This document shows positions 16,703-25,976 of a stretch of DNA of 54,855 nt, piece by piece. The DNA comes from an uncultured Bacilli bacterium. Its GTDB lineage: Bacteria > Bacillota_I > Bacilli_A > RF39 > UBA660. Below the pieces are notes generated by a model that worked only from the letters and a program-made list of their open reading frames with translations, was not told where the DNA came from and ran no database searches. The stretch covers positions 1-54,855 of the forward strand of contig CALVQY010000002.1 in the NCBI GenBank assembly GCA_944358355.1, read 5' to 3'. Numbering within the stretch: position 1 is the first letter of the stretch; each line of letters starts with the position of its first letter. The position numbers and the translations under genes are program-made.

Positions 16703-17455
16703 ATGAAAATAGAAAAGTTTAAGAAAAGACCTAATGGATTATATACAATATATTTAGATAATTTTAATAGTTATGATTTTTATGAAGAAATAATTTTAAA
16801 GTATGAATTATTACTAACTAAAAATATAGAGGAAGATGAACTTAATAAAATAATCACAGACAATAAAAACTATGAAAGTTATTATCAAGCTTTAAAGCTT
16901 CTAAAAAAAGCAATAAAAACTAAACTAGAAGTAATTAAATATTTAAAAGATAAAGATTATAGTAAAGAAAATATAAATCTATCTATAAAAATGTTAGAAA
17001 AACAAGGCTATCTTAATGATAAAAACTATGCTAAGAGTTATGTTCATAATAGTATTATAACTACTACTAAAGGCCCTAAAAAAATAATATTAGAATTAGA
17101 AAAAAAAGGTGTTGAAGAAAAAGACTATAAAGAAGCTTTAGAAGAATATACTGAATCTATAGAAAAAGAAAAAATAGAGAAGTTAATCTCTAAAAAAATA
17201 AAATCTAATCACAGTAAGAGTGCTAAAATTCTAAAACAAAAGCTATTACAAGATTTAACTAATAATGGCTTTAGCAAAGAAATAATTATGGAGGTATTAA
17301 ATTCTCTTTCTATAACAGATAATGAAGAAATAGCAAGAAAAGAATATCAGAAATACTATAATAAATTAAGTAAAAAATACTCGGGTAGGGAACTGGAATA
17401 TAAATTAAAACAAAAGATGTATAGTTTGGGATTTAAAGATTATAATGATTTTTAA
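16703..17455 (+). CDS. recX: RecX family regulatory protein
   Basis: Repeated three-helix modules: YLNDKNYAKSYVHNSI..KGPKKIILELEKKGV, LLQDLTNNGFSKEIIMEVL, KLKQKMYSLGFKDYN. Confidence 0.8.
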   Translation: MKIEKFKKRPNGLYTIYLDNFNSYDFYEEIILKYELLLTKNIEEDELNKIITDNKNYESYYQALKLLKKAIKTKLEVIKYLKDKDYSKENINLSIKMLEKQGYLNDKNYAKSYVHNSIITTTKGPKKIILELEKKGVEEKDYKEALEEYTESIEKEKIEKLISKKIKSNHSKSAKILKQKLLQDLTNNGFSKEIIMEVLNSLSITDNEEIARKEYQKYYNKLSKKYSGRELEYKLKQKMYSLGFKDYNDF

Positions 17456-17484
17456 TACTAATTTTAGAAATAATTACTGCAATT

Positions 17485-17515
17485 AAAAATAGAACCTAAC
17501 TAGTTCTATTTTTTA
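17485..17515. terminator. Bidirectional hairpin terminator between recX and the convergent ORF
   Basis: aatagaac (17488-17495) pairs with gttctatt (17503-17510). It is A-rich on the left and T-rich on the right, and overlaps the stop of the minus-strand ORF. Confidence 0.6.
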
Positions 17516-18150
17516 GTATAGACATATGGCTTTAATGAAGGATCTCTATGACTTTTAACAATTTCTTCAATATAATAAATACCTAAAGATTCAACTTTTC
17601 TACCTACTTCGATTAAATCTTCTCCTTCGATTCCATAAGCTTTAAGTAAAGTAATAAATAATACTGCTGGCCATGGAGCATTATCTTCTTCCTTAACAAT
17701 ACATCTTTCAAATTCATATGAAGTACTAATAGTTCTTTGTTCAATTGGATAATTAAGTCCAAATCTTTTTAAGGCCCCAAACAAGTCAGCTGTATTAGCT
17801 TTGCCTTTTTCTATTAAATGATTATGTAAAATAATAGTGGCTTTAATTCTATAATTATTATCATCTAACATATTATAATTAGATCTAGTCATATAAAGTT
17901 TAGCCTTTGTTCTATCAATCATTCTATAACATTTAGACCAATCATTAAGAAGTTCTAAAGAACTATTACCTTTAATAGCATCCTCTATACGTTTATTACG
18001 TAGTTTTCCATCATTATTACTTTCTTCTTTAACTTGTTCTCTCCAGATAAAGAAATCCTCAGTAGTTTTTATATTAGGAAATTGTTTAAAGTCATTTTCA
18101 ACTTGCCTACATATCTCATTTATTCTTTCTTCATTAGCAAAATTATTCAT
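17506..18150 (-). CDS. Hypothetical cytoplasmic protein (214 aa)
   Basis: Clean ORF on the minority strand with terminators on both sides. No recognisable motif. Confidence 0.45.
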   Translation of the reverse strand: MNNFANEERINEICRQVENDFKQFPNIKTTEDFFIWREQVKEESNNDGKLRNKRIEDAIKGNSSLELLNDWSKCYRMIDRTKAKLYMTRSNYNMLDDNNYRIKATIILHNHLIEKGKANTADLFGALKRFGLNYPIEQRTISTSYEFERCIVKEEDNAPWPAVLFITLLKAYGIEGEDLIEVGRKVESLGIYYIEEIVKSHRDPSLKPYVYTKK

Positions 18151-18201
18151 CTAATCCCTTCTTTCGTATTGCATATTATACTATTAATAACTGTTTTTGT
18201 C

Positions 18202-18228
18202 AAAAAAAGGAGTATCACAAAATACTCC
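18202..18228 (-). terminator. Rho-independent terminator of prsA
   Basis: On the minus strand: ggagtat, loop tttgtg, atactcc, followed by ttttttt (forward arms at 18209-18215 and 18222-18228, A-run 18202-18208). Confidence 0.7.
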
Positions 18229-18251
18229 CTCAATATATTTAATTAATATAA

Positions 18252-19256
18252 TTAACTAGCACTGGTATTGCTACTAACACTTGCAATTAATTGATCCATT
18301 AACTCATCATAATCTTTCTTTAAGCTATCATCTTTAAATTCAATACCTGCCTCTTTTCTAATTTCAATTAAGGCATTATATCTAAGAGTAGCATCATCAT
18401 TTAATTTTTTATCTGCAAGCGTTTTTATAATATCATCTTTAACTTTCTTAAGTTTAGGTTTACTCTTTTGATCAACTTTAAGTATTATATGATAACCAAA
18501 ACTAGATTTAACAGGCTCTTCTGTATATTTACCTTTTTCAAGCTTAATAGAAGCATTTAAGAAAGCCTCATCCATATTATCATCTTTATTGAAGTAATCT
18601 ATTAAACCTCCATCACTAGCACTTCCAGTATCATCACTATTCTTTTTAGCAAGTTCTGCAAAGTCAGCTCCATCATCTAATTCTTTTATAAGTTTTTCAG
18701 CTTTTTTCTTAGCTTTTTCTTCAGCTTCAGTTTTCTCTTCAGTTGACATATCATCAGTAACATCAGGTTTAATTAAAATATGTCTAACTTTTATATCACC
18801 AATAACTTCATCATCATAATACTTTTGTATCTCATCATCAGTAATACTTTTCTTTACATAATCTTCAATTGCTAAATTTCTCTTATATTCAAGTGATAAC
18901 ATATCTCTTAATTCATCTTCATCTTCAACACCTAAATATTGAGTAATAGCAGCTTCAAAAGCATCTTGATCATTATTATATTGAGACTTCATTTGTTCAA
19001 TTTGTGAATCTATAGTCTCTTTTTCTTCGTTATCAGTCTTATACTTTTCATCAAATAATTGATGATCAATTAAATCTACAAGCATAGCAATACCATACTT
19101 ATCTCTTAATTTTTCATATAATGTATCTGCTTTTATAGAACCTTCATCAGTTTTAACGATGGTATGATTATTTTTAAGCTCAGCATTATTACCACAACCA
19201 GTGACAAGTAAACATATTGCTATTGCCCCGACTGTTACTTTAACTAATTTTTTCAT
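18252..19256 (-). CDS. prsA: Foldase lipoprotein PrsA (parvulin-type peptidyl-prolyl isomerase)
   Basis: Lipobox LLVTGCGN. Parvulin core VRHILIKP...SSFGYHIILKV. SurA-like N-terminal region. Confidence 0.9.
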   Translation of the reverse strand: MKKLVKVTVGAIAICLLVTGCGNNAELKNNHTIVKTDEGSIKADTLYEKLRDKYGIAMLVDLIDHQLFDEKYKTDNEEKETIDSQIEQMKSQYNNDQDAFEAAITQYLGVEDEDELRDMLSLEYKRNLAIEDYVKKSITDDEIQKYYDDEVIGDIKVRHILIKPDVTDDMSTEEKTEAEEKAKKKAEKLIKELDDGADFAELAKKNSDDTGSASDGGLIDYFNKDDNMDEAFLNASIKLEKGKYTEEPVKSSFGYHIILKVDQKSKPKLKKVKDDIIKTLADKKLNDDATLRYNALIEIRKEAGIEFKDDSLKKDYDELMDQLIASVSSNTSAS

Positions 19257-19408
19257 TGTCTAAATCTTCCTCCTAATATTTAATAATTTCAATAAATATA
19301 ATAGCATAACTTCTTACTAACTTGCAAATAAATAAGGCAAATTTATCACACTTTTTAAATATTTACCATAGAATAATGTGAACACTAGAAAAAAAGGAGG
19401 ATTAAGTT

Positions 19409-19489
19409 ATGGGTAATTGTAATTCAAACAGCGCTATTGTATTAGTATTATTTATCTTACTAGTTATAATTATAGGGGCCTATATCTAA
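19409..19489 (+). CDS. YjcZ-family tiny transmembrane (sporulation-associated) protein, 26 aa
   Basis: Not in ORF track. AAAGGAGG RBS, then ATG 19409. MGNCNSNSAIVLVLFILLVIIIGAYI matches the ..FALIVVLFILLIIVG.. core of the YjcZ / tiny_TM_bacill family. Confidence 0.7.
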   Translation: MGNCNSNSAIVLVLFILLVIIIGAYI

Positions 19490-19511
19490 AATATTATAAG
19501 GAGGTGTAAAA

Positions 19512-19637
19512 ATGTCTTGTTCAAATAATCAAACAGTAACTACTAGCTGCTGTTCTAGACCAAGAAATAGCTTTGTAATCATAGTTGTATTATATATTTT
19601 ACTAGCTATTATCTTAGGTTCTTGTATGACTTATTAA
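19512..19637 (+). CDS. YjcZ-family tiny transmembrane protein, 41 aa, Cys-rich N-terminus
   Basis: Not in ORF track. AAGGAGGTG RBS, then ATG 19512. MSCSNNQTVTTSCCSRPRNSFVIIVVLYILLAIILGSCMTY. A terminator follows. Confidence 0.65.
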   Translation: MSCSNNQTVTTSCCSRPRNSFVIIVVLYILLAIILGSCMTY

Positions 19638-19639
19638 TT

Positions 19640-19668
19640 AAGAAACTCTAAAATTAGAGTTTCTTTTC
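19640..19668 (+). terminator. Rho-independent terminator of the yjcZ-like pair
   Basis: agaaactcta (19641-19650), loop aaat, tagagtttct (19655-19664), then ttt. Confidence 0.8.
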
Positions 19669-19705
19669 GTATAATAATAAAATAATTGTAAATACTAACA
19701 AATAG

Positions 19706-20233
19706 GTGAAGCTTAATGACAAAAAAAAGAACTTATACTATTATTTAAATAATTTTCTTTTATTTTCCTTCTTTGGCTTTCTCTTTGAAAATATAATGCA
19801 TTTAATAACAGCAGGAAGCTTAACTAATAATCCTTTCTATGGGCCATGGATGCCTATATATGGATTTGGTGTAATTATTATGATTTTTCTTACAAGATTA
19901 GTATTTAATAGAATAAAGTTAAATAGGCCTTTAAAAATTATTATTCTTTTCTTAGCAGTTACTATAATCTTAACTATATTAGAACTTGCAGGGGGATACT
20001 TAACAGAATTTGTTTTTCATAAAAGTTTTTGGGATTATACTGATTTAAAATTTAATTTTGGTAAATACATTGCCCTAGAAGTAAGTCTAGGCTGGGGAAT
20101 CGCTTGCCTAATATTTCTCTATATAATAAAGCCTCTAATAGATAAATTTATTGAAAAAATTCCTAAATTCATTTCTATAATTCTTTTAATATTAATGATA
20201 ATTGACTTTATTTTTAGTTTCTTTCTAAAATAG
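19706..20233 (+). CDS. DUF1113-type integral membrane protein (annotated in databases as putative ABC-transporter type IV permease)
   Basis: FLLFSFFGFLFENIMHLI....NPFYGPWMPIYGFGVIIM signature; 4-5 TM helices; GTG start. Confidence 0.6.
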   Translation: MKLNDKKKNLYYYLNNFLLFSFFGFLFENIMHLITAGSLTNNPFYGPWMPIYGFGVIIMIFLTRLVFNRIKLNRPLKIIILFLAVTIILTILELAGGYLTEFVFHKSFWDYTDLKFNFGKYIALEVSLGWGIACLIFLYIIKPLIDKFIEKIPKFISIILLILMIIDFIFSFFLK

Positions 20234-20289
20234 ACTGTAATCGCAAAAAAAAGAATATAAAAAAGTTTTGCGGTTATAGACGTAAAACT

Positions 20290-20318
20290 TTGACAAATAT
20301 TAAATGTTAGTATATAAT
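20290..20318 (+). promoter_or_regulatory. Consensus sigma-A promoter
   Basis: TTGACA (20290-20295), 17-nt spacer, TATAAT (20313-20318). This places the ORF-track start 20317 inside the -10 box, so ATG 20338 is the real start. Confidence 0.7.
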
Positions 20319-20337
20319 GATATCAGAGGTGATATTT

Positions 20338-21543
20338 ATGCTTGTGAGAGAAAAATATTTAAATCAGTTAATAGCAGGAAAAGACTTGAATTTAATAAAA
20401 GCAATTACTGGAGTAAGAAGAAGTGGAAAGAGTACGTTATTATTACAATATAAAGATTATCTAATAAATGAAAATATTAAAGAAGAAGATATCATATATA
20501 TGAATTTTGAAAGTGCTATGTTTTATGATATAAAAGATTATAAAGATTTATATAATTATATAAAAGAAAAAGTAAAAAATAAAAGTAAAAAATATATATT
20601 ATTAGATGAAGTTCAAAATGTAGATAAATGGGAAAAAGCTGTTAACTCTTTATTAGTAGATATTAATTCAGATATTTATATAACAGGCTCAAATGCTTAT
20701 CTTTTATCAAGTGAACTTACAACACTTCTTGCAGGTAGAGTTTTAACGATAAAGATATATCCATTCTCTTTTAAAGAGTTTATTAAAGAATATCCATTTA
20801 AAAATAATGAGGATAAGTACGAACAATTTGACAAATACTTAAAATTTGGTGGATTGCCAATGTTAGTTAATATGAATGATAATGAAGAGTTGATGACTAA
20901 TTATTTAAATGATATAAAAGAGGTTGTTTTAAAGAAAGATGTTATTAGTAGAAATAATATAAAAGATATAGTATTTCTAGATAATTTAATTAAATATATG
21001 GCTTCTGTTATAGGAAATTTAACAACTCCTAATTCTATTGCCGAATTTATGAAAAAAAATGGTAGTTCTATTAGTAATGAAACAGTAGATTCTTATTTAA
21101 AAATGTTAGAGAATGCTTATTTTATCTATAGAGTACCTAGATTTGAATTGAAAGGAAAACAACTATTAAAGACACAAGGTAAATACTATTTCGTTGATAA
21201 TGGTTTAAAAAATGTACTAGATGGAACCTCCTCGTATGATAGTGGTAGTAGTTATGAAAACTTAGTTTATATAGAATTATTAAGAAGAGGATATGAGGTA
21301 TATGTAGGAAAGTATGATAATATTGAAATTGACTTTATTGCTATTAAAACTAATGAAAGAGTATATTACCAAGTATCAAGAAGTATTTTAGATGAAAAAG
21401 TAGAAGAAAGAGAAAAGAAATCTTTACTTGCTATCAATGATAATTATAAGAAAGTCATATTAACAATGGATAATGTTAAGAATAAACAAATAGAAGGTAT
21501 AGAAGTAGTTAATATTATTGATTTTTTAATGAGTGATGAATAA
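20338..21543 (+). CDS. AAA_14-type ATPase with C-terminal DUF4143 domain
   Basis: REKYLNQLI...ITGVRRSGKSTLL (Walker A), ILLDEVQ (Walker B). The DUF4143-like C-terminal half resembles a restriction-endonuclease fold. RBS AGAGGTGA. Confidence 0.75.
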   Translation: MLVREKYLNQLIAGKDLNLIKAITGVRRSGKSTLLLQYKDYLINENIKEEDIIYMNFESAMFYDIKDYKDLYNYIKEKVKNKSKKYILLDEVQNVDKWEKAVNSLLVDINSDIYITGSNAYLLSSELTTLLAGRVLTIKIYPFSFKEFIKEYPFKNNEDKYEQFDKYLKFGGLPMLVNMNDNEELMTNYLNDIKEVVLKKDVISRNNIKDIVFLDNLIKYMASVIGNLTTPNSIAEFMKKNGSSISNETVDSYLKMLENAYFIYRVPRFELKGKQLLKTQGKYYFVDNGLKNVLDGTSSYDSGSSYENLVYIELLRRGYEVYVGKYDNIEIDFIAIKTNERVYYQVSRSILDEKVEEREKKSLLAINDNYKKVILTMDNVKNKQIEGIEVVNIIDFLMSDE

Positions 21544-22133
21544 TGAAATTAAAAATAAAATATCTTATAACTAAATTAAATAATGATAACTTAACTAAAG
21601 ATGATATAAGGGAAATTAATAGTTTAATGTTCAATTTTCATGATAAAATAACTTCTCCTGACTTAATTTTAGTTCTAGCTAGTAGTTCCATTAAAAGAAT
21701 AGAAAAAGCAGTAGAACTAGCCAAGAAATATCATTTAAAAATATTAATAAGTGGAGCTAACTACTTATCAAAGGATAGAATGTATGAGTATGAGAAGTAT
21801 TATATCTATGCTATAACTCATGGTCTTACTAAAGATGATTTAATATTAGAGTCTATTAGTCATAATACTAAAGAAAATATTATAAATTCTCTAAAACTAA
21901 TAAAAGGTAAGTATCATAACATTATAATAATCAGTAGTTCACAACACTTACTAAGAGTAAAACTAACTTTAGAAAAAGAATTACAAAAGAAAAAAATTAC
22001 TAATATAAACTATTATCTAGTACCAAGTTATGCTACTTTAGTACCTAAAGATACTTGGTATAAAGAGGAAAAAGCTAAAGAGATAATTAAAGGGGAGTTA
22101 GAAAGATTAATTAAATATAGATTAATAAAATGA
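21543..22133 (+). CDS. DUF218 (YdcF/ElyC/SanA) family protein
   Basis: LILVLASSS...SHNTKENI...IIIISSSQHLLR pattern. The start overlaps the stop of the upstream ATPase gene (TAATG). Confidence 0.65.
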   Translation: MKLKIKYLITKLNNDNLTKDDIREINSLMFNFHDKITSPDLILVLASSSIKRIEKAVELAKKYHLKILISGANYLSKDRMYEYEKYYIYAITHGLTKDDLILESISHNTKENIINSLKLIKGKYHNIIIISSSQHLLRVKLTLEKELQKKKITNINYYLVPSYATLVPKDTWYKEEKAKEIIKGELERLIKYRLIK

Positions 22134-22159
22134 GTAAAGAAAACCTCTACTCATTTTTT
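22127..22159. terminator. Bidirectional terminator between convergent genes
   Basis: atgagta (22130-22136) pairs with tactcat (22148-22154), flanked by aaaa and ttttt. Confidence 0.6.
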
Positions 22160-22548
22160 AATTTTTCATATACATCTTTAACATCACTAACTACGCTACT
22201 ATCAAAAGTACATTTAAATTTATCACTATTATATCTTGGTATTAAATGAATATGATAGTGCTTAATATCTTGCCCATAATAATTATTTTGACAAATAGTT
22301 AAACCATCAATATTAAGTTTATCCTTTAAGATAGGATAAATCTTTGTCTTAATAGTATCAATCATATAAGTAATAACTTCATTAGGTGTAGTAAATAAAT
22401 TCTCATAATGCTCTTTTGGTATTACTAAAGTATGACCATCACTATTAGGATTAACATCTAAAAATGCTAACACTTTATCATCTTCATATACTTTATAAGA
22501 TGGTACTTCTCCTTTAATTATTTTACAAAACAAACAATCATTCATCAA
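22147..22548 (-). CDS. HIT-family (histidine triad) nucleotide hydrolase
   Basis: CLFCKII...VNPNSDGHTLVIPKEH...HYHIHLIP histidine triad. Confidence 0.9.
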   Translation of the reverse strand: MMNDCLFCKIIKGEVPSYKVYEDDKVLAFLDVNPNSDGHTLVIPKEHYENLFTTPNEVITYMIDTIKTKIYPILKDKLNIDGLTICQNNYYGQDIKHYHIHLIPRYNSDKFKCTFDSSVVSDVKDVYEKLKNE

Positions 22549-23206
22549 AATTTCCTCCTTTAACTATCTTTATTATACCATTATTATCAAAAGTAACACT
22601 ATAACTATTTGTAATTAATCCAAATTCTTCAGCAATAGTATTAAAACTATTAATTAAGTTATTAAGATAAACTTCATCCAAACTATCAACTTTAACATAA
22701 TAACTAACAGAATAATAACCGGTATTATAGATATTTTTCTCAAGAATATCTTTCTTCTCCTCATCACTATATTTATCTAAAGTTTTAAACTCTATTTTTA
22801 TATCTTTATAATTAGTATTTTTAAAGGCTTCATTATATTTTTCTAATACAAGCTTTTCACATCTTTCTATAATACTTTTACCTTTCACAAAATTATCTTT
22901 ATAATTATCAGTAATCTTATTATTAATAGATTTAATAGTAAAGTTTAGCTCTTCATAATCTTTATCATAGTAAGTAATACTATAACTATTATCATCTTTG
23001 TTATATTTTAAATCGCCTTTAGATACGTCTAACTTATTATAATTATCATTAAAATAACTATTAATAGCCTTTTCTTCATCTTCAGCTTTCAGACTAGGAA
23101 CTTTTTCTCTAACTATAATAAATCCAAAAAATATAAGAATAAGTCCCAAAAGCAAAGCTTGTCCTATCATTAATTTGTTCATTTTCCTATTATACATAAA
23201 AAGCAC
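22538..23206 (-). CDS. Hypothetical N-terminally anchored protein
   Basis: TM helix GQALLLGLILIFFGFIIV. Overlaps the HIT gene start by 11 nt. RBS GAGGAAGG. Confidence 0.5.
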   Translation of the reverse strand: MLFMYNRKMNKLMIGQALLLGLILIFFGFIIVREKVPSLKAEDEEKAINSYFNDNYNKLDVSKGDLKYNKDDNSYSITYYDKDYEELNFTIKSINNKITDNYKDNFVKGKSIIERCEKLVLEKYNEAFKNTNYKDIKIEFKTLDKYSDEEKKDILEKNIYNTGYYSVSYYVKVDSLDEVYLNNLINSFNTIAEEFGLITNSYSVTFDNNGIIKIVKGGNFDE

Positions 23207-23288
23207 GATCCTTCCTCTTTATATTTTATCAAAACCTTTAAATATAAGCAATTATGTGTTATACTAAGCATGTATTTTAACACAAATA

Positions 23289-23316
23289 TTGACAATTTAA
23301 TGATATAATTTATCAT
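23289..23316 (+). promoter_or_regulatory. Putative suf operon promoter
   Basis: TTGACA (23289-23294), 16-nt spacer, TATCAT (23311-23316). Confidence 0.4.
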
Positions 23317-23337
23317 ACAATTAGAAAGGGTGATAAC

Positions 23338-24099
23338 ATGTTTAAAATAGATAAGTTAAGTGTATTAACAAAAGATACAGCTAAAGAGATTTTAAAAGAT
23401 TTTTCTCTTACTATAAATGATGGAGAAATACATGCTATTATGGGACCTAATGGCGTAGGTAAGAGTACTTTATCAAAAGTAATAATGCACCATCCTGATT
23501 ATGTTATAGAAAGTGGTACTATTACTTATAATGAAAAGACTCTAAATGATTTAACAACAGATGAAATAGCAAGACTAGGTATTTACTTACTTATGCAAGA
23601 TCCATCTATTATTGATGGTGTAAGTAATAGTGAAGCTTTAAGAACTGCCTTAAAAGAAAGAGGTAGTGATACTAATCTATATACCTTTATTACTAAGATG
23701 AAAAAAGAATTAGACTCTCTAAATCTACCAAAAGATGTTATGCATAGGTCTATTAATAAAGGATTATCTGGTGGTGAAAGAAAGAAAAATGAAGTCTTAG
23801 GACTAAAAGTCTTAACCCCTAGTTTTATTATCTTAGATGAATTAGATAGTGGACTAGATGTAGATAGTTTAAAAGTAGTTGCTAAAAACATTAATGAATA
23901 TTTAAAAGAACATCAAGATACCAGTGTCTTAATTATTACTCACTATAGTAGAATTCTAGATTTAATTAAACCAGACTTTGTTCATGAGATGAAAGATGGT
24001 AAGATAATTAAAACAGGAGATATTACTCTTGCCAAACAAATAGAAAAAACAGGTTTTACTGGGGTAAATGAAGTGGAGTCAAGTGAAAATCATGAATAA
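23338..24099 (+). CDS. sufC: Fe-S cluster assembly ATPase SufC
   Basis: GPNGVGKST, LSGGERKK, ILDELDSGLD, ITHY. Confidence 0.95.
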   Translation: MFKIDKLSVLTKDTAKEILKDFSLTINDGEIHAIMGPNGVGKSTLSKVIMHHPDYVIESGTITYNEKTLNDLTTDEIARLGIYLLMQDPSIIDGVSNSEALRTALKERGSDTNLYTFITKMKKELDSLNLPKDVMHRSINKGLSGGERKKNEVLGLKVLTPSFIILDELDSGLDVDSLKVVAKNINEYLKEHQDTSVLIITHYSRILDLIKPDFVHEMKDGKIIKTGDITLAKQIEKTGFTGVNEVESSENHE

Positions 24100-24763
24100 T
24101 ATATTATTAGATAGTACAGTTTGTTTTAATAAAGAAGGTACTTTTAAACTAGAACTAGATAAAGATACTACTATTAATATTGAAAGTGATAATGTAAAAC
24201 TATATCTTGTAACAAAAAATAATATAAAAGTTGATTTTAATATTTTAAACTCTACAACTATTTATAATATTACAGAAGAAAGTATTACTGTTAATATTAA
24301 TATCTATAACAAAGCTAAACTAGATTTTTATAATATGACTGTTACTGATAAAAAGATAACTAATGAAGTAAATGTTTATCATCAAAATAAAGAGACTATA
24401 AGTAATGTTATATGTCATGGTATTAGTTATGATAAAGGAGATTTAAAGTTTATTGTTAATGGCTATATTAAAAAAGGTATGATAGGCTCTATTTGTAATC
24501 AGTCCAGTAGAATAATTAACTTAGATGAGGGTAAGAGCTTAATAGAACCCAATCTCTTTATCGATGAATTTGATTCTATTGCCAATCACTCTGCCTATAC
24601 AGGTCCTTTTGATAATAAGTTATTATTCTATTTAGAAACAAAAGGAATAAGTAAGAAAGAAGCTTTTAATCTTCTTTTAAATGGATTTATGAAGATGGTA
24701 GAACTTCCAAAAGATTATGAGAGTGTACTTAATAATATTTTAGATAAAGTAATGAGGAGGTGA
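24092..24763 (+). CDS. sufD: SufD-like Fe-S assembly protein, short form (~223 aa)
   Basis: The C-terminus ANHSAYTGPFDNKLLFYLETKGISKKEAFNLLLNGFM matches the SufB/SufD family C-terminus. ATG 24092 overlaps the sufC stop (ATGAATAA). Confidence 0.7.
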   Translation: MNNILLDSTVCFNKEGTFKLELDKDTTINIESDNVKLYLVTKNNIKVDFNILNSTTIYNITEESITVNINIYNKAKLDFYNMTVTDKKITNEVNVYHQNKETISNVICHGISYDKGDLKFIVNGYIKKGMIGSICNQSSRIINLDEGKSLIEPNLFIDEFDSIANHSAYTGPFDNKLLFYLETKGISKKEAFNLLLNGFMKMVELPKDYESVLNNILDKVMRR

Positions 24764-25965
24764 TTATTATTAATCGTGAAGATTTTCCTATTTTAAATAA
24801 TGATATAATATATTTTGATAATGGAGCGACTACTCTAAAACCTAAATGTGTAGTTGAAGCGATGAATGATTATTACTATAATTATGGAGCGAATATTCAT
24901 AGAGGAGATTATAAAATATCTTTTAAAGCAAGTGAAGAATATGAGAAAGTTAGAGATAAAGTAAAAGACTTTATAAATGCTAAAAGTAGTAAAGAAATAG
25001 TTTTTACAGCAGGTGATACAGACTCTCTTAATAAGATAGTCTTTGGCTTTATGAAAGATTATTTAAATGAAGGAGATGAAGTCTTACTTACAAAAAGTGA
25101 ACATGCCTCAAACGTCTTACCTTGGTTAGAGTTATCTAAAGATAAAAAGATAAAGATAAGTTATATACCTTTAAATGATAATCATGAATTAACCCTAGAA
25201 GCTTTAACTGATACTATAACTGATAAAACTAAAGTAATCTCTATCGCTCATATTACTAACGTTGTAGGAGATGTAAGAAATATTCATGAGATAAGTAAAA
25301 TCGCTCATAAAAACAATATAATATTAGTAGTAGATGGTGCCCAAAGTGTTCCTCATATGAAAACAGATGTTATTAAAGATGATATTGACTTTTTAACGTT
25401 TTCAGCTCACAAGATGTTAGGACCAACTGGAGTAGGAGTACTTTATGCTAAAGAAAAATATTTAGAAAAGATGAGACCTATAGAATATGGGGGAGGTATG
25501 AATCAATACTTTGAAGTAACAGGAGAAGTAGAGTATAAGAGCATTCCTACAAGATTTGAAGCTGGAACTCCTCCTATCGCTGAAGTAATAGGACTAGGCT
25601 CTGCCATTGATTATTTACAAAAAATAGGTATGGATAAAATCTATGAATACGAAAAAGAACTAAAGAGATATCTTGTCTCTAAACTAGAAAGTAATACTAA
25701 AGTAATTTTATATAACAAAAGTACTGATAGTGGTGTCCTAGCATTTAACCTAGAAGGAATATTTAGTCAAGATACAGCCATTTACCTAGACCATTATAAT
25801 ATCTGTGTAAGAGCAGGTAATCACTGTGCTAAAATATTAAAAGATGAAATAAATATTAAAAATACTTGTCGTATCAGTTTATATTTTTATAATACTAAAG
25901 AAGAGATAGATAAGTTAGTAGAAGTCTTAGAAAAGTCTGATGATTTATTTAAAGTAATATTGTAG
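24760..25965 (+). CDS. sufS: Cysteine desulfurase SufS
   Basis: FSAHKMLGPTGVGVL (PLP Lys) and RAGNHCA (active-site Cys). The GTG start overlaps the sufD stop. Confidence 0.95.
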   Translation: MIIINREDFPILNNDIIYFDNGATTLKPKCVVEAMNDYYYNYGANIHRGDYKISFKASEEYEKVRDKVKDFINAKSSKEIVFTAGDTDSLNKIVFGFMKDYLNEGDEVLLTKSEHASNVLPWLELSKDKKIKISYIPLNDNHELTLEALTDTITDKTKVISIAHITNVVGDVRNIHEISKIAHKNNIILVVDGAQSVPHMKTDVIKDDIDFLTFSAHKMLGPTGVGVLYAKEKYLEKMRPIEYGGGMNQYFEVTGEVEYKSIPTRFEAGTPPIAEVIGLGSAIDYLQKIGMDKIYEYEKELKRYLVSKLESNTKVILYNKSTDSGVLAFNLEGIFSQDTAIYLDHYNICVRAGNHCAKILKDEINIKNTCRISLYFYNTKEEIDKLVEVLEKSDDLFKVIL

Positions 25966-25976
25966 GAGGAGTAATC

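Noticed and set aside
18034-18246. 70-aa + strand ORF between 17506-18150 and prsA.
   Set aside because: It overlaps the 5' end of the minus-strand gene and runs through the prsA terminator hairpin. There is no RBS.
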